From positions 1 through 47,983 of the IMG/VR virus record IMGVR_UViG_3300037502_001252: 47,983 bases of DNA. One strand, written 5' to 3'. The stretch comes from a virus. Its lineage: Duplodnaviria > Caudoviricetes. The stretch's first letter is position 1; every line of letters begins with the position of its first letter. The notes beneath the pieces are model-generated. The model ran no database searches. It was not told where the DNA came from and was given only the letters and a program-made list of their open reading frames with translations. Shown here in pieces: positions 19,771 to 27,064 of this stretch. The position numbers and the translations under genes are program-made.

Positions 19771-20645
19771 TTTGCTTGCCCATCCAAATAATCTTTGTAC
19801 TGTTTGCACCACGGAGCCACCTGACAGAACTTGGCACAGCGAGTTCTTTCGCCAGCCCGAACCTCCAATAGGTATCCCTTACCAGCACTTTCTAGTGCCA
19901 ATTCAGCATCCTCTTTCGTGGTATGTACGGACTTCGCACGGACACCGCCCTCTTTCTTGACCGCATAAGTCGTAGGCTTCTCCCAGCACTCCTCTGGCGT
20001 ACAGGGTGGTAGGTCTTCATTCGTATCATTCGCAAACAGGGCTTCGCTATGGAGGTGAATACGCTCCTTAATAAAGGCTTCCCGCTCTTCCATAGACCAG
20101 AGCTTGATGTCCAAGGTGGCTACCTGTTTCTCAGGATATCCTTCCCGTGTCTCAGCGTCTCTAGCACTCCAGTCTCTGATAATGGCAATAATCTTGAGCT
20201 TATTCACAGGGATCTTTTTGACCGTCTCCACAAGCCATGCGTAAATGTTGAGCTGTTGCTCCCATTCTTTCTTCTCATTCATGACCGCCCAAGCTCCGAC
20301 CGTCTTGTAGTCATTGACCTCGATGCCGTCTTCGTGGACGATCTGAAGATCAATCGCTCCTGAGATATGCCAGCCATCCATATCCGCATGAAGCCGTTGC
20401 TCTACGATATGGTTAGGGTCTTTGCCTTGTTCCAAGACATGGTGGACTGCCGTGCCAAATACTGCCCAAATCATATCGGTTACATCAACCTCAATCTTGT
20501 CGGAATACTTAGCCTTTAACTGTACGATCTGAGGGCTGTTTAACAGCTCCGTAACCGACATATGAGCTTTTCCCTTGGTATAGGTAGGGCGTTCTACGAC
20601 ATTCACAAATGTCTGTGGAAGCCCATATTTATTGGTAATAATCAT
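19767..20645 (-). CDS. PD-(D/E)XK (Cas4/RecB-like) exonuclease
   Basis: GTAVH..LE, E, ISGAIDL..DYKT, QQLNIY, C-terminal C..FC..C cluster. Confidence 0.85.
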   Translation of the reverse strand: MIITNKYGLPQTFVNVVERPTYTKGKAHMSVTELLNSPQIVQLKAKYSDKIEVDVTDMIWAVFGTAVHHVLEQGKDPNHIVEQRLHADMDGWHISGAIDLQIVHEDGIEVNDYKTVGAWAVMNEKKEWEQQLNIYAWLVETVKKIPVNKLKIIAIIRDWSARDAETREGYPEKQVATLDIKLWSMEEREAFIKERIHLHSEALFANDTNEDLPPCTPEECWEKPTTYAVKKEGGVRAKSVHTTKEDAELALESAGKGYLLEVRAGERTRCAKFCQVAPWCKQYKDYLDGQAK

Positions 20646-20920
20646 CTGTATCCCCTACGATTACCTTCGTTGTCATAGAAGTTACGAACAGCTCCTCTGG
20701 TTTCGTAGCCGATGCGATCACCACGCTCGTTATAGATTCCGTTATTTGAGTAGTAATTCTGAGAGCTGTTTTCCCAATTCTGTGGGCTATTTCGCCAGTT
20801 CTGAGACGAGTTCTCCCAGTTCTGAGGGCTATTTTTCCAATTGTTGGGGTCATTTTCCCAGCGTTGTTGCGCAAGAACTATTCCAGGCATTACACTGAGC
20901 AGTAGCAATAAATGTTTCAT
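20642..20920 (-). CDS. Exported small protein with 7-aa W-x-N-S-x-Q-N repeats
   Basis: Signal peptide MKHLLLLLSVMPGIVLA; GGAGG RBS upstream of 20920. Confidence 0.75.
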   Translation of the reverse strand: MKHLLLLLSVMPGIVLAQQRWENDPNNWKNSPQNWENSSQNWRNSPQNWENSSQNYYSNNGIYNERGDRIGYETRGAVRNFYDNEGNRRGYR

Positions 20921-21007
20921 CGAGATCCTCCTTTTTTTATTACTATACAATAGATTGTACACATTGTCTTTCAAGTGTTGCAAAATATTTTTTAATAGGA
21001 AACCCTA

Positions 21008-21337
21008 ATGCTTATATTCCCTTGGCCGCCAGCCCCTCTAAAGCCTAATGTCAAATCCCACTGGGCGACTAAGGCTAAAGCCACCAAAGAATATAAGGAG
21101 ATGTGTTTCTATCTAACCAAGGAGCAAAAGATCCCGACCAATGAATACACTGAATTGCACCTAATCTTTTACCCACCCAGCAAACGACATTACGATCTTG
21201 ATAACCTTCTAGCCAGTATGAAGGCTGGGTTAGATGGGATGTCTCTAGCCTTAGGAGTCAATGATCGGTGCTTCAAAAAGATTACCGTAGAACGGGCAGA
21301 TGAGACAGGAGGGATGGTCAAAATAGTATTAGGGTAA
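21008..21337 (+). CDS. RusA-like endodeoxyribonuclease/Holliday junction resolvase
   Basis: FYPP.KR..DLDNL...K..LDG...D. Confidence 0.8.
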   Translation: MLIFPWPPAPLKPNVKSHWATKAKATKEYKEMCFYLTKEQKIPTNEYTELHLIFYPPSKRHYDLDNLLASMKAGLDGMSLALGVNDRCFKKITVERADETGGMVKIVLG

Positions 21338-21390
21338 ACCCTAGTCTATCCCCAAACGTTTGAGGATGTGCTTAAAAAATAGGCAACTCA

Positions 21391-21414
21391 TGCTGTTAAT
21401 TTATACAGTATAAT
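21391..21414 (+). promoter_or_regulatory. SOS (LexA) box abutting a perfect -10 TATAAT
   Basis: TGCTGTTAATTTATACAGTA (CTGT-N8-ACAG) followed by TATAAT at 21409-21414; Fis-like G-N13-C site at 21370-21384. Confidence 0.65.
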
Positions 21415-21449
21415 TTTCCTGTTTCATTGATGTTTCCTTGGTTGGGTTT

Positions 21450-21489
21450 TGGGCGGTTTATCCTCCTCACGTGGCCGCCCACTTTTTTT
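21450..21489 (+). terminator. Rho-independent terminator ending a candidate ~70-nt sRNA
   Basis: TGGGCGGTT/GGCCGCCCA stem followed by T7. Confidence 0.75.
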
Positions 21490-21510
21490 ATTTTGTGGTA
21501 TATTTTGTTT

Positions 21511-21643
21511 TATCGGAGTGAAGTCCGAGCAGTAAATTGATTTCGACCAGACCCCTTCGGGTTGTTCTGAGTGTTTAGTAAATGTCCGAGATCCATTTAT
21601 TAAACAACTTCACCTTAGAACAACTCCAAGGGGTTTTTCTTTT
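21511..21643 (+). ncRNA. Candidate structured RNA (short hairpin + long bulged hairpin + U tract)
   Basis: Extended -10 TGgTATATT at 21496-21504; >30-bp interrupted stem 21550-21635; loop/bulge complementarity. Confidence 0.6.
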
Positions 21644-21691
21644 GTAGGTTTATCCTGGACGGATTCAATTACACCAGCGGGATAAATACAA

Positions 21692-21830
21692 GCACTACTG
21701 GGGGTAAGTAGATGTAATAGTGCAAATGTCGGTGGCGAAGATAGTGCCGACTCTACGAACGACTGTCGGGTGCTGTGGCTCCAATGGAGGAAGCAGTTGA
21801 AGGACGCACTAGGTAGGCGAGGTGCGTCCA
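21692..21830 (+). ncRNA. Candidate structured RNA or origin element (four consecutive stems)
   Basis: GCACTA/TAGTGC, GTCGGTG/TGCCGAC, CGACTGT/GCAGTTG, GGACGCACT/GGTGCGTCC; no credible ORF. Confidence 0.45.
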
Positions 21831-21900
21831 CCAAAAGAGGAAGGGTAATAACTAGTATTAAGTAGTAATCAATCAATTGAAAATAGAAAGTGAGGAAACA

Positions 21901-22737
21901 ATGAAAATAGAAAAAATTAGATTAGAAAAAATTAAGGTAGATGGCGATTTACAGGTTCGTGACAAGATCAACGAAGATGCCGTCCGAGAGTATGCCGAAG
22001 TAATCCGTGAAGGTGGCAAGATGCCTCCAGTTACGGTGTTCTTTGATGGCAAAACCTACCACCTAGCAGACGGCTGGCATCGTTTCTTTGCCCACAAACA
22101 AGCCGCCTTTCCAGAAATTGAAGCCGAAATTCATGATGGCACACGCAGAGATGCAATTTTATTTGCCCTTAGTGCCAACGATAAGCATGGATTACGCAGA
22201 ACCAATGCCGATAAACGCAGATCTGTTCTCGTTCTTTTGGAAGACTTTGAATGGAGCGAGTGGAACAATACCAAGATCGCAGAAGTCTGTGGCGTATCAG
22301 CGACATTCGTAGATAAGATCCGTAAGGAAATGAATACTCCATCACCAACGACTCGTAAAGTAACTCGTGGCGGTGTTGAGTATGAAATGGACACATCAAA
22401 GATGGGTCGTATGTTTGGGTCTGCCGATAGAATGCCAGCAGAGATTCCGCCTGTGGACGAGAAAGAACAAAAGATTGAAGAAATGGCAACCGAGTTCAAA
22501 GCCATTGCGGAGGAGAACGAAGAACTCAAAGCGAAGTTAGCAGTCAAAGCGATGGATGCGTCAGAAGAAGAAAAGCAATCTGCACAAGAATTAATTGATG
22601 AATTGCGTGCCACCATCAAGAGCCAAGAAGCACAGATAAAAGGCTTGACCGCATCGAGAGATGCTTATCAGCTCAAGAATGCCGAGTTGTTAAAGCAAGT
22701 CAATTACTGGAAGAAACAAGCCCAAAAAGCTGCATAA
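21901..22737 (+). CDS. ParB/Srx-like N-terminal domain protein with HTH and coiled coil
   Basis: PPVTVFFDG..YHLADGWHR, N..HG, IAEVCGVS HTH; GAGGA RBS before ATG 21901. Confidence 0.8.
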   Translation: MKIEKIRLEKIKVDGDLQVRDKINEDAVREYAEVIREGGKMPPVTVFFDGKTYHLADGWHRFFAHKQAAFPEIEAEIHDGTRRDAILFALSANDKHGLRRTNADKRRSVLVLLEDFEWSEWNNTKIAEVCGVSATFVDKIRKEMNTPSPTTRKVTRGGVEYEMDTSKMGRMFGSADRMPAEIPPVDEKEQKIEEMATEFKAIAEENEELKAKLAVKAMDASEEEKQSAQELIDELRATIKSQEAQIKGLTASRDAYQLKNAELLKQVNYWKKQAQKAA

Positions 22738-22741
22738 GTTA

Positions 22742-22843
22742 TGGGGAAAGCGGATGCTGTACCTAAATGGCGAATATCGGTCGATTAGCGATATATCTGA
22801 CAGACGTAGCGAGTACCCACCCGACATCAGGCGGTTTCCTGAT
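22742..22843 (+). ncRNA. Candidate structured leader RNA upstream of the helicase
   Basis: TGGG/CCCA stem, GAAA/GAGTA internal loop, CTGT/ACAG, ATATCG/CGATAT, then ATCAGG/CCTGAT hairpin next to RBS. Confidence 0.5.
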
Positions 22844-22859
22844 AGTAAAGGAGAACAAG

Positions 22860-24341
22860 TTGTTAGAGTTAAGACCACACCAACAAGAAGTGGTGGAGCA
22901 ATTAAAGCAAGGCTTTAAACAAGGACACATTAGACAACTGTTATACGCATCGACAGGCTTTGGAAAGACCGAAGTTGCGATGGAGATCATGAGGCGAGTA
23001 TCTGAGGGATACAAAAGAGCCGCCATGATTGTTGATCGGATTGTCTTGGTTGATCAGACCAGTGCCAGACTCTCTAAATATGGCATCGAGCATGGAGTTA
23101 TGCAGGCTGGTCATTGGCGTGAGCGTCCTGCCGAACGCATCCAAGTTTGTTCTGCTCAAACACTAGAACGCAGAGATTCATTCCCAGATATCGACCTTAT
23201 CATTTTGGATGAGTGTCATATCGTCCGCAAGAAAACCGTTGAGTTCCTCAACCGTAACCCACACATCCGTGTCATTGGATTGACCGCCACCCCCTTCACA
23301 AAAGGCTTGGGGGACATTTATACCCATGTGGTCGGTGCTACGCCTACTGGAGACTTAGTCGAAAAGGGCTGGTTAGTTCCTCTCAAAGTCTTTGTGGCTA
23401 AAGAAATTGACATGACTGGAGCTGAGAAGAATTCATTTGGCGAATGGAAAGAAGCTGAAGTAACCAAGCGTGGTATGGCAATTACTGGCGATGTCGTAAA
23501 TGAATGGATCAAGAAAACCCATGAGATCTTTGGTGGCCCACGCAAAACAATCGTATTCTGTTCGGGCGTGGATCACGGTAGAGATTTGGTTAGAGGGTTT
23601 GCCGAAGCTGGCTATCGATTTGAGTCTATCTCTTATAAAGAAGACGATGACTACAAGCGTTTGATCATCGAAGAGTTTGCCAAACCTGATACGGAGATTC
23701 ACGGTTTAATTGCTACGGATATCCTGACCAGAGGATTTGATGTAACCGATGTCATGATCGGTGTATCTGCCAGACCATTTTCTAAGTCATTCTCATCCCA
23801 TGTGCAACAGATGGGGCGCGTTATGCGTCCTCACGAAGGCAAGGAGTTTGGGGTATGGCTTGACCACTCAGGCAACTTCCTACGATTTCGTCCAGACTGG
23901 GATCGGATTTATACCGAAGGCGTTAAGACTTTGGACAGCTCCGTTGAGAAGGCTAAGAAAGAACCAACCGAGCGAGAGAAGAAAGAAGCTGTATGCCCAC
24001 GGTGCAAGGCGTTATGGGTGCTTGGTCATCAATCTTGTGTTGAATGCGGTTACGAAAGACCGCTCAAGCAAATCCTTACATTGCCGGGCGAACTCCAAGA
24101 ACTTGCAGAAGCCAATCGCAAGCTCCAGATTGACAACCGCCAGTTCTATGCCGAGTTGATGTATTACGGAAAGCTCAAAGGTTATAAAGATGGTTGGGCT
24201 GCCATGAAATATAAAGAGAAGTTTGCAGTCTATCCAAATGGAATTCGGGTAGAACCGCAACCAACCTCTAAGAAAACCATGCAGTGGATCAAAAGTCGAA
24301 TCATTGCATACACTAAATCTAAAGCGAGGATTCAAGCATGA
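22860..24341 (+). CDS. SF2 DExH helicase with C-terminal Zn ribbon
   Basis: LRPHQ, STGFGKT, DECH, TATP, QQMGRVMR, CPRC..CVEC; TTG start after AAGGAG. Confidence 0.92.
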   Translation: MLELRPHQQEVVEQLKQGFKQGHIRQLLYASTGFGKTEVAMEIMRRVSEGYKRAAMIVDRIVLVDQTSARLSKYGIEHGVMQAGHWRERPAERIQVCSAQTLERRDSFPDIDLIILDECHIVRKKTVEFLNRNPHIRVIGLTATPFTKGLGDIYTHVVGATPTGDLVEKGWLVPLKVFVAKEIDMTGAEKNSFGEWKEAEVTKRGMAITGDVVNEWIKKTHEIFGGPRKTIVFCSGVDHGRDLVRGFAEAGYRFESISYKEDDDYKRLIIEEFAKPDTEIHGLIATDILTRGFDVTDVMIGVSARPFSKSFSSHVQQMGRVMRPHEGKEFGVWLDHSGNFLRFRPDWDRIYTEGVKTLDSSVEKAKKEPTEREKKEAVCPRCKALWVLGHQSCVECGYERPLKQILTLPGELQELAEANRKLQIDNRQFYAELMYYGKLKGYKDGWAAMKYKEKFAVYPNGIRVEPQPTSKKTMQWIKSRIIAYTKSKARIQA

Positions 24342-24514
24342 AGAAAGATCCTTGGGCAAAGTTCAGAGTCAACACGCCAGAGGAAAGAGTTACGTATTTG
24401 GCTGGTTGGTATTTAGGTGTAGGCAGGAGAAGAGGTTGGAAGTTCATTATTGAGAAGTTCAATGCAGAACCAGATGTAGCACAAATAAAAGAAAAAATGA
24501 GGAAATTACGATGA
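24338..24514 (+). CDS. Hypothetical protein (58 aa, not in ORF track)
   Basis: MKKDPWAKFRVNTPEERVTYLAGWYLG...; ATGA overlaps both sides. Confidence 0.65.
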   Translation: MKKDPWAKFRVNTPEERVTYLAGWYLGVGRRRGWKFIIEKFNAEPDVAQIKEKMRKLR

Positions 24515-25962
24515 AATATTTATCCGTTTGTTCGGGAGTGGAGGCGGCCACGGTCGCTTGGCATCCCTTGGGCTGGGATCCGATTGGTTATGCCGAGATC
24601 GAGACCTTCCCATCCGCAGTTTTAAGTCATCATTATCCAACCGTCCCTAATTTTGGGGACATCACAAAATATAAGGAGTGGAATCTAAATGGAACAGTTG
24701 AACTTTTGGTCGGAGGAACCCCATGCCAAGCCTTCTCAGTCGCAGGACTTAGGAAAGGACTTGAAGACCCAAGAGGAAACCTCACCCTTGTCTATACTGG
24801 AATTCTTGATCGATTTAAACCCAAATGGTTTGTTTGGGAAAACGTCCCAGGTGTCCTCAGTTCAAACGGTGGACGGGATTTTGGTTCCTTCCTCGGGGCG
24901 GTGGCTGAACTCGGGTATGGGTTCGCATACCGAGTGCTTGACGCTCAATATTTCGGAGTCCCCCAAAGACGCAGAAGAGTCTTTGTTGTCGGATGTCTTG
25001 GAGACTGGGTCTCTCCATCCAAGGTTCTTTTTGAGCAAGATTGCCTGTCAGGGAATACTGAGGAGGGCAGAAAAAAGAGGGAAAGAGTTGCCCACGCTTC
25101 TTCGTCAAGCGTTGGAGGCAACGTAGAGACTTTCAATCGCCAAAGTCATTCTCAATTTGGATCCGATCCGTTAGCCAGCACCGTCAAAGCTCGAGACCAT
25201 AAACAGTTCACGGATTTAGTGGTGTATGAAACCCACCCAGCCGACTCACGAGTCAAAGAGATGGGCGATGTGTGCCAGACTGTAACTTCTCGCTGGGGGA
25301 CTGGTGGTGGGAATGTGCCGATTGCTTTACAGGACGTTTCAGGCAGAGATAAGGCCCAGAATGGGCGCGGGTGGAGCGAGGAGAATGTGATGTATACCTT
25401 GGATGCAGCCGCAACTCAAGGCGTAGCTTATGGCTTCGAACCCGGCATTGCCAAGCGTGAGGGTAATCCCAACCGTTTTAGTGAAGAACTATGCCCCACT
25501 CTGAGGGCGGAGATGGGCGATAACCAAGCATCGGTTGCGTATTCGATTCGAGAGGATGCCAAGGCAAATAACTTTAGTGCCACTCCGTTACAAGTAACGC
25601 CAGCTCTTCAAGCACTCCGACCCTCTGTTCAAAGCCATCACGCTCAAACATTTATTGCTCAAGCCGTGGATGTTTACAACCAATCTATTGATGGGGACAT
25701 AACGGCAACCATTACTCATGCGGTTGGCGGATCAAACACTTCAGGCCCAAAGATTATGCAACAGATGGCGGTCAGGAGGCTCACGCCAGTCGAATGCGAA
25801 AGACTCCAAGGATTCCCCGATAACTATACAAATATCCCATGGAGAGGGAAGCCCGAATCTCCTGACAGTCTTCGGTATAAAGCGATGGGTAACTCAATGG
25901 CAGTTCCATGTATGCAATGGCTCGGTAAACGGATTGAAATGGTAACAAGGGGGATTTTGTGA
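24511..25962 (+). CDS. DNA (cytosine-5) methyltransferase with long modular variable region
   Basis: SVCSGVEA (I), GGTPCQAFS (IV), ENVPG (VI), PQRRRRVF (VIII), RRLTPVECERLQGFPD (IX), GNSMAVP (X). Confidence 0.95.
   Translation: MKYLSVCSGVEAATVAWHPLGWDPIGYAEIETFPSAVLSHHYPTVPNFGDITKYKEWNLNGTVELLVGGTPCQAFSVAGLRKGLEDPRGNLTLVYTGILDRFKPKWFVWENVPGVLSSNGGRDFGSFLGAVAELGYGFAYRVLDAQYFGVPQRRRRVFVVGCLGDWVSPSKVLFEQDCLSGNTEEGRKKRERVAHASSSSVGGNVETFNRQSHSQFGSDPLASTVKARDHKQFTDLVVYETHPADSRVKEMGDVCQTVTSRWGTGGGNVPIALQDVSGRDKAQNGRGWSEENVMYTLDAAATQGVAYGFEPGIAKREGNPNRFSEELCPTLRAEMGDNQASVAYSIREDAKANNFSATPLQVTPALQALRPSVQSHHAQTFIAQAVDVYNQSIDGDITATITHAVGGSNTSGPKIMQQMAVRRLTPVECERLQGFPDNYTNIPWRGKPESPDSLRYKAMGNSMAVPCMQWLGKRIEMVTRGIL
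24689..25126 (+). CDS. Nested alternative-frame protein resembling the M.EcoHK31I beta polypeptide N-terminal part
   Basis: ATG with AAGGAG upstream; 145 aa; RW.NSGM, LSDVLET, L..RA..RG..LP..L..A blocks recalled from EcoHK31I beta. Confidence 0.6.
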   Translation: MEQLNFWSEEPHAKPSQSQDLGKDLKTQEETSPLSILEFLIDLNPNGLFGKTSQVSSVQTVDGILVPSSGRWLNSGMGSHTECLTLNISESPKDAEESLLSDVLETGSLHPRFFLSKIACQGILRRAEKRGKELPTLLRQALEAT

Positions 25963-26696
25963 TTCATTATCATGGTTTACCAATTACGCCAAACACGGTA
26001 GCAACTCAAGCCATCCAAGCTGGTCATGCGTTTGTTTCATTTGCCCACCATTCTCAATTAGGGGTTGCTTTGGAGGTATCTCAATCGTTTGCATTGGACA
26101 ATGGTGCTTTTAGTGCTTGGAAGCAAGGCAGTCCTGTGAAGGATTGGACTCAATTTTATGATTGGGCATTGGATTTAAAAAAATTCCCAGCTTGCGATTT
26201 TGCAGTCATCCCCGATGTCATTGATGGCACAGAAGAAGACAACGATGCTTTACTAAAAGACTGCCCATTCCCTTTATGGTTTGGAAGCCCAGTATGGCAT
26301 ATGCACGAGTCGTTGGAACGCTTAGAACGTCTAGCAAATACATATGTTCGTGTCTGCATTGGTAGCTCTGGAGAGTATGCAAACATAGGGACAACCGCAT
26401 GGTGGTCAAGAATTGGGTCAGCTATGCGAATCCTATGCGATGAAATGGGTAGACCAGTTTGCAAACTGCATGGATTACGGATGCTAGATCCTGACATTTT
26501 TACAAAAATCCCATTTAGTTCTACGGATAGCACCAATATCGGTAGGAATGTAAACATTGATAACAATTGGAAAAACGGTAATTATTTGCCACCAACAAAA
26601 GAGTCAAGAGCTTACATTATGAGATCTAGGATTGAGTCCTACAACTCTCCAAGCACATGGAACTTTATACAAATTGAACAGGAAAAATTATTTTGA
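25959..26696 (+). CDS. TGT-fold (DpdA-like) putative base-exchange protein
   Basis: LDNGAFS, IPDVIDG, PVWH, IGSSG, LHGL, STDSTN in TGT order; coupled to queD-like gene. Confidence 0.6.
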   Translation: MIHYHGLPITPNTVATQAIQAGHAFVSFAHHSQLGVALEVSQSFALDNGAFSAWKQGSPVKDWTQFYDWALDLKKFPACDFAVIPDVIDGTEEDNDALLKDCPFPLWFGSPVWHMHESLERLERLANTYVRVCIGSSGEYANIGTTAWWSRIGSAMRILCDEMGRPVCKLHGLRMLDPDIFTKIPFSSTDSTNIGRNVNIDNNWKNGNYLPPTKESRAYIMRSRIESYNSPSTWNFIQIEQEKLF

Positions 26697-27064
26697 AACT
26701 AACGCAAACCTTTTACTTTGATGCAGCCCACACTTTAGATCGAGCTGTTAATGTTTACGACCAGTTGCGGTCAAAGAATATTCATGGCCATACATATCAT
26801 GTAAGTATTTCCATAGAAGGAGAGCCTGAAGAAAATGGAATGGTCAAAGATTTTGGTCACATCAAAAACATTACCGATGAGTTGCACTTGATCCTTGATC
26901 ATCAGTTTTTAAATGAAATACCTGATTTAGGAATCCCTACCCTTGAAAACCTTTGTTTATTCATAGCAAACAAACTAAAAAATATAAAAGGTTTGTGCGA
27001 AGTAATCGTTGAACGCAAAGCGTCTGGTGATAAATGCACACTTGCAATTAAGGAAATGAAATGA
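26693..27064 (+). CDS. queD: QueD/6-pyruvoyl-tetrahydropterin synthase-like T-fold protein
   Basis: FDAAH, HGHTY, GMVKDF, LDHQFLN, PTLEN. Confidence 0.85.
   Translation: MKLTQTFYFDAAHTLDRAVNVYDQLRSKNIHGHTYHVSISIEGEPEENGMVKDFGHIKNITDELHLILDHQFLNEIPDLGIPTLENLCLFIANKLKNIKGLCEVIVERKASGDKCTLAIKEMK

Noticed and set aside
14830-19772. Diversity-generating retroelement TR/VR pair
   Set aside because: No reverse transcriptase in the window; differences are whole-segment replacements, not adenine-specific substitutions
19767-20645. Cas4 as part of a CRISPR system
   Set aside because: Stand-alone PD-(D/E)XK exonuclease in an ERF recombination operon, common in phages
21610-21876. 88-aa minus-strand ORF
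   Set aside because: No RBS, opposite to neighbours, overlaps structured non-coding elements
21901-22737. ParABS plasmid-prophage partition system
   Set aside because: No ParA ATPase or clear parS; ParB-like domains are common in phage replication and methylation loci
22767-22859. N-terminal extension of the helicase in the ORF track
   Set aside because: AAGGAG and TTG at 22860 directly precede the LRPHQ motif; the extension folds as RNA
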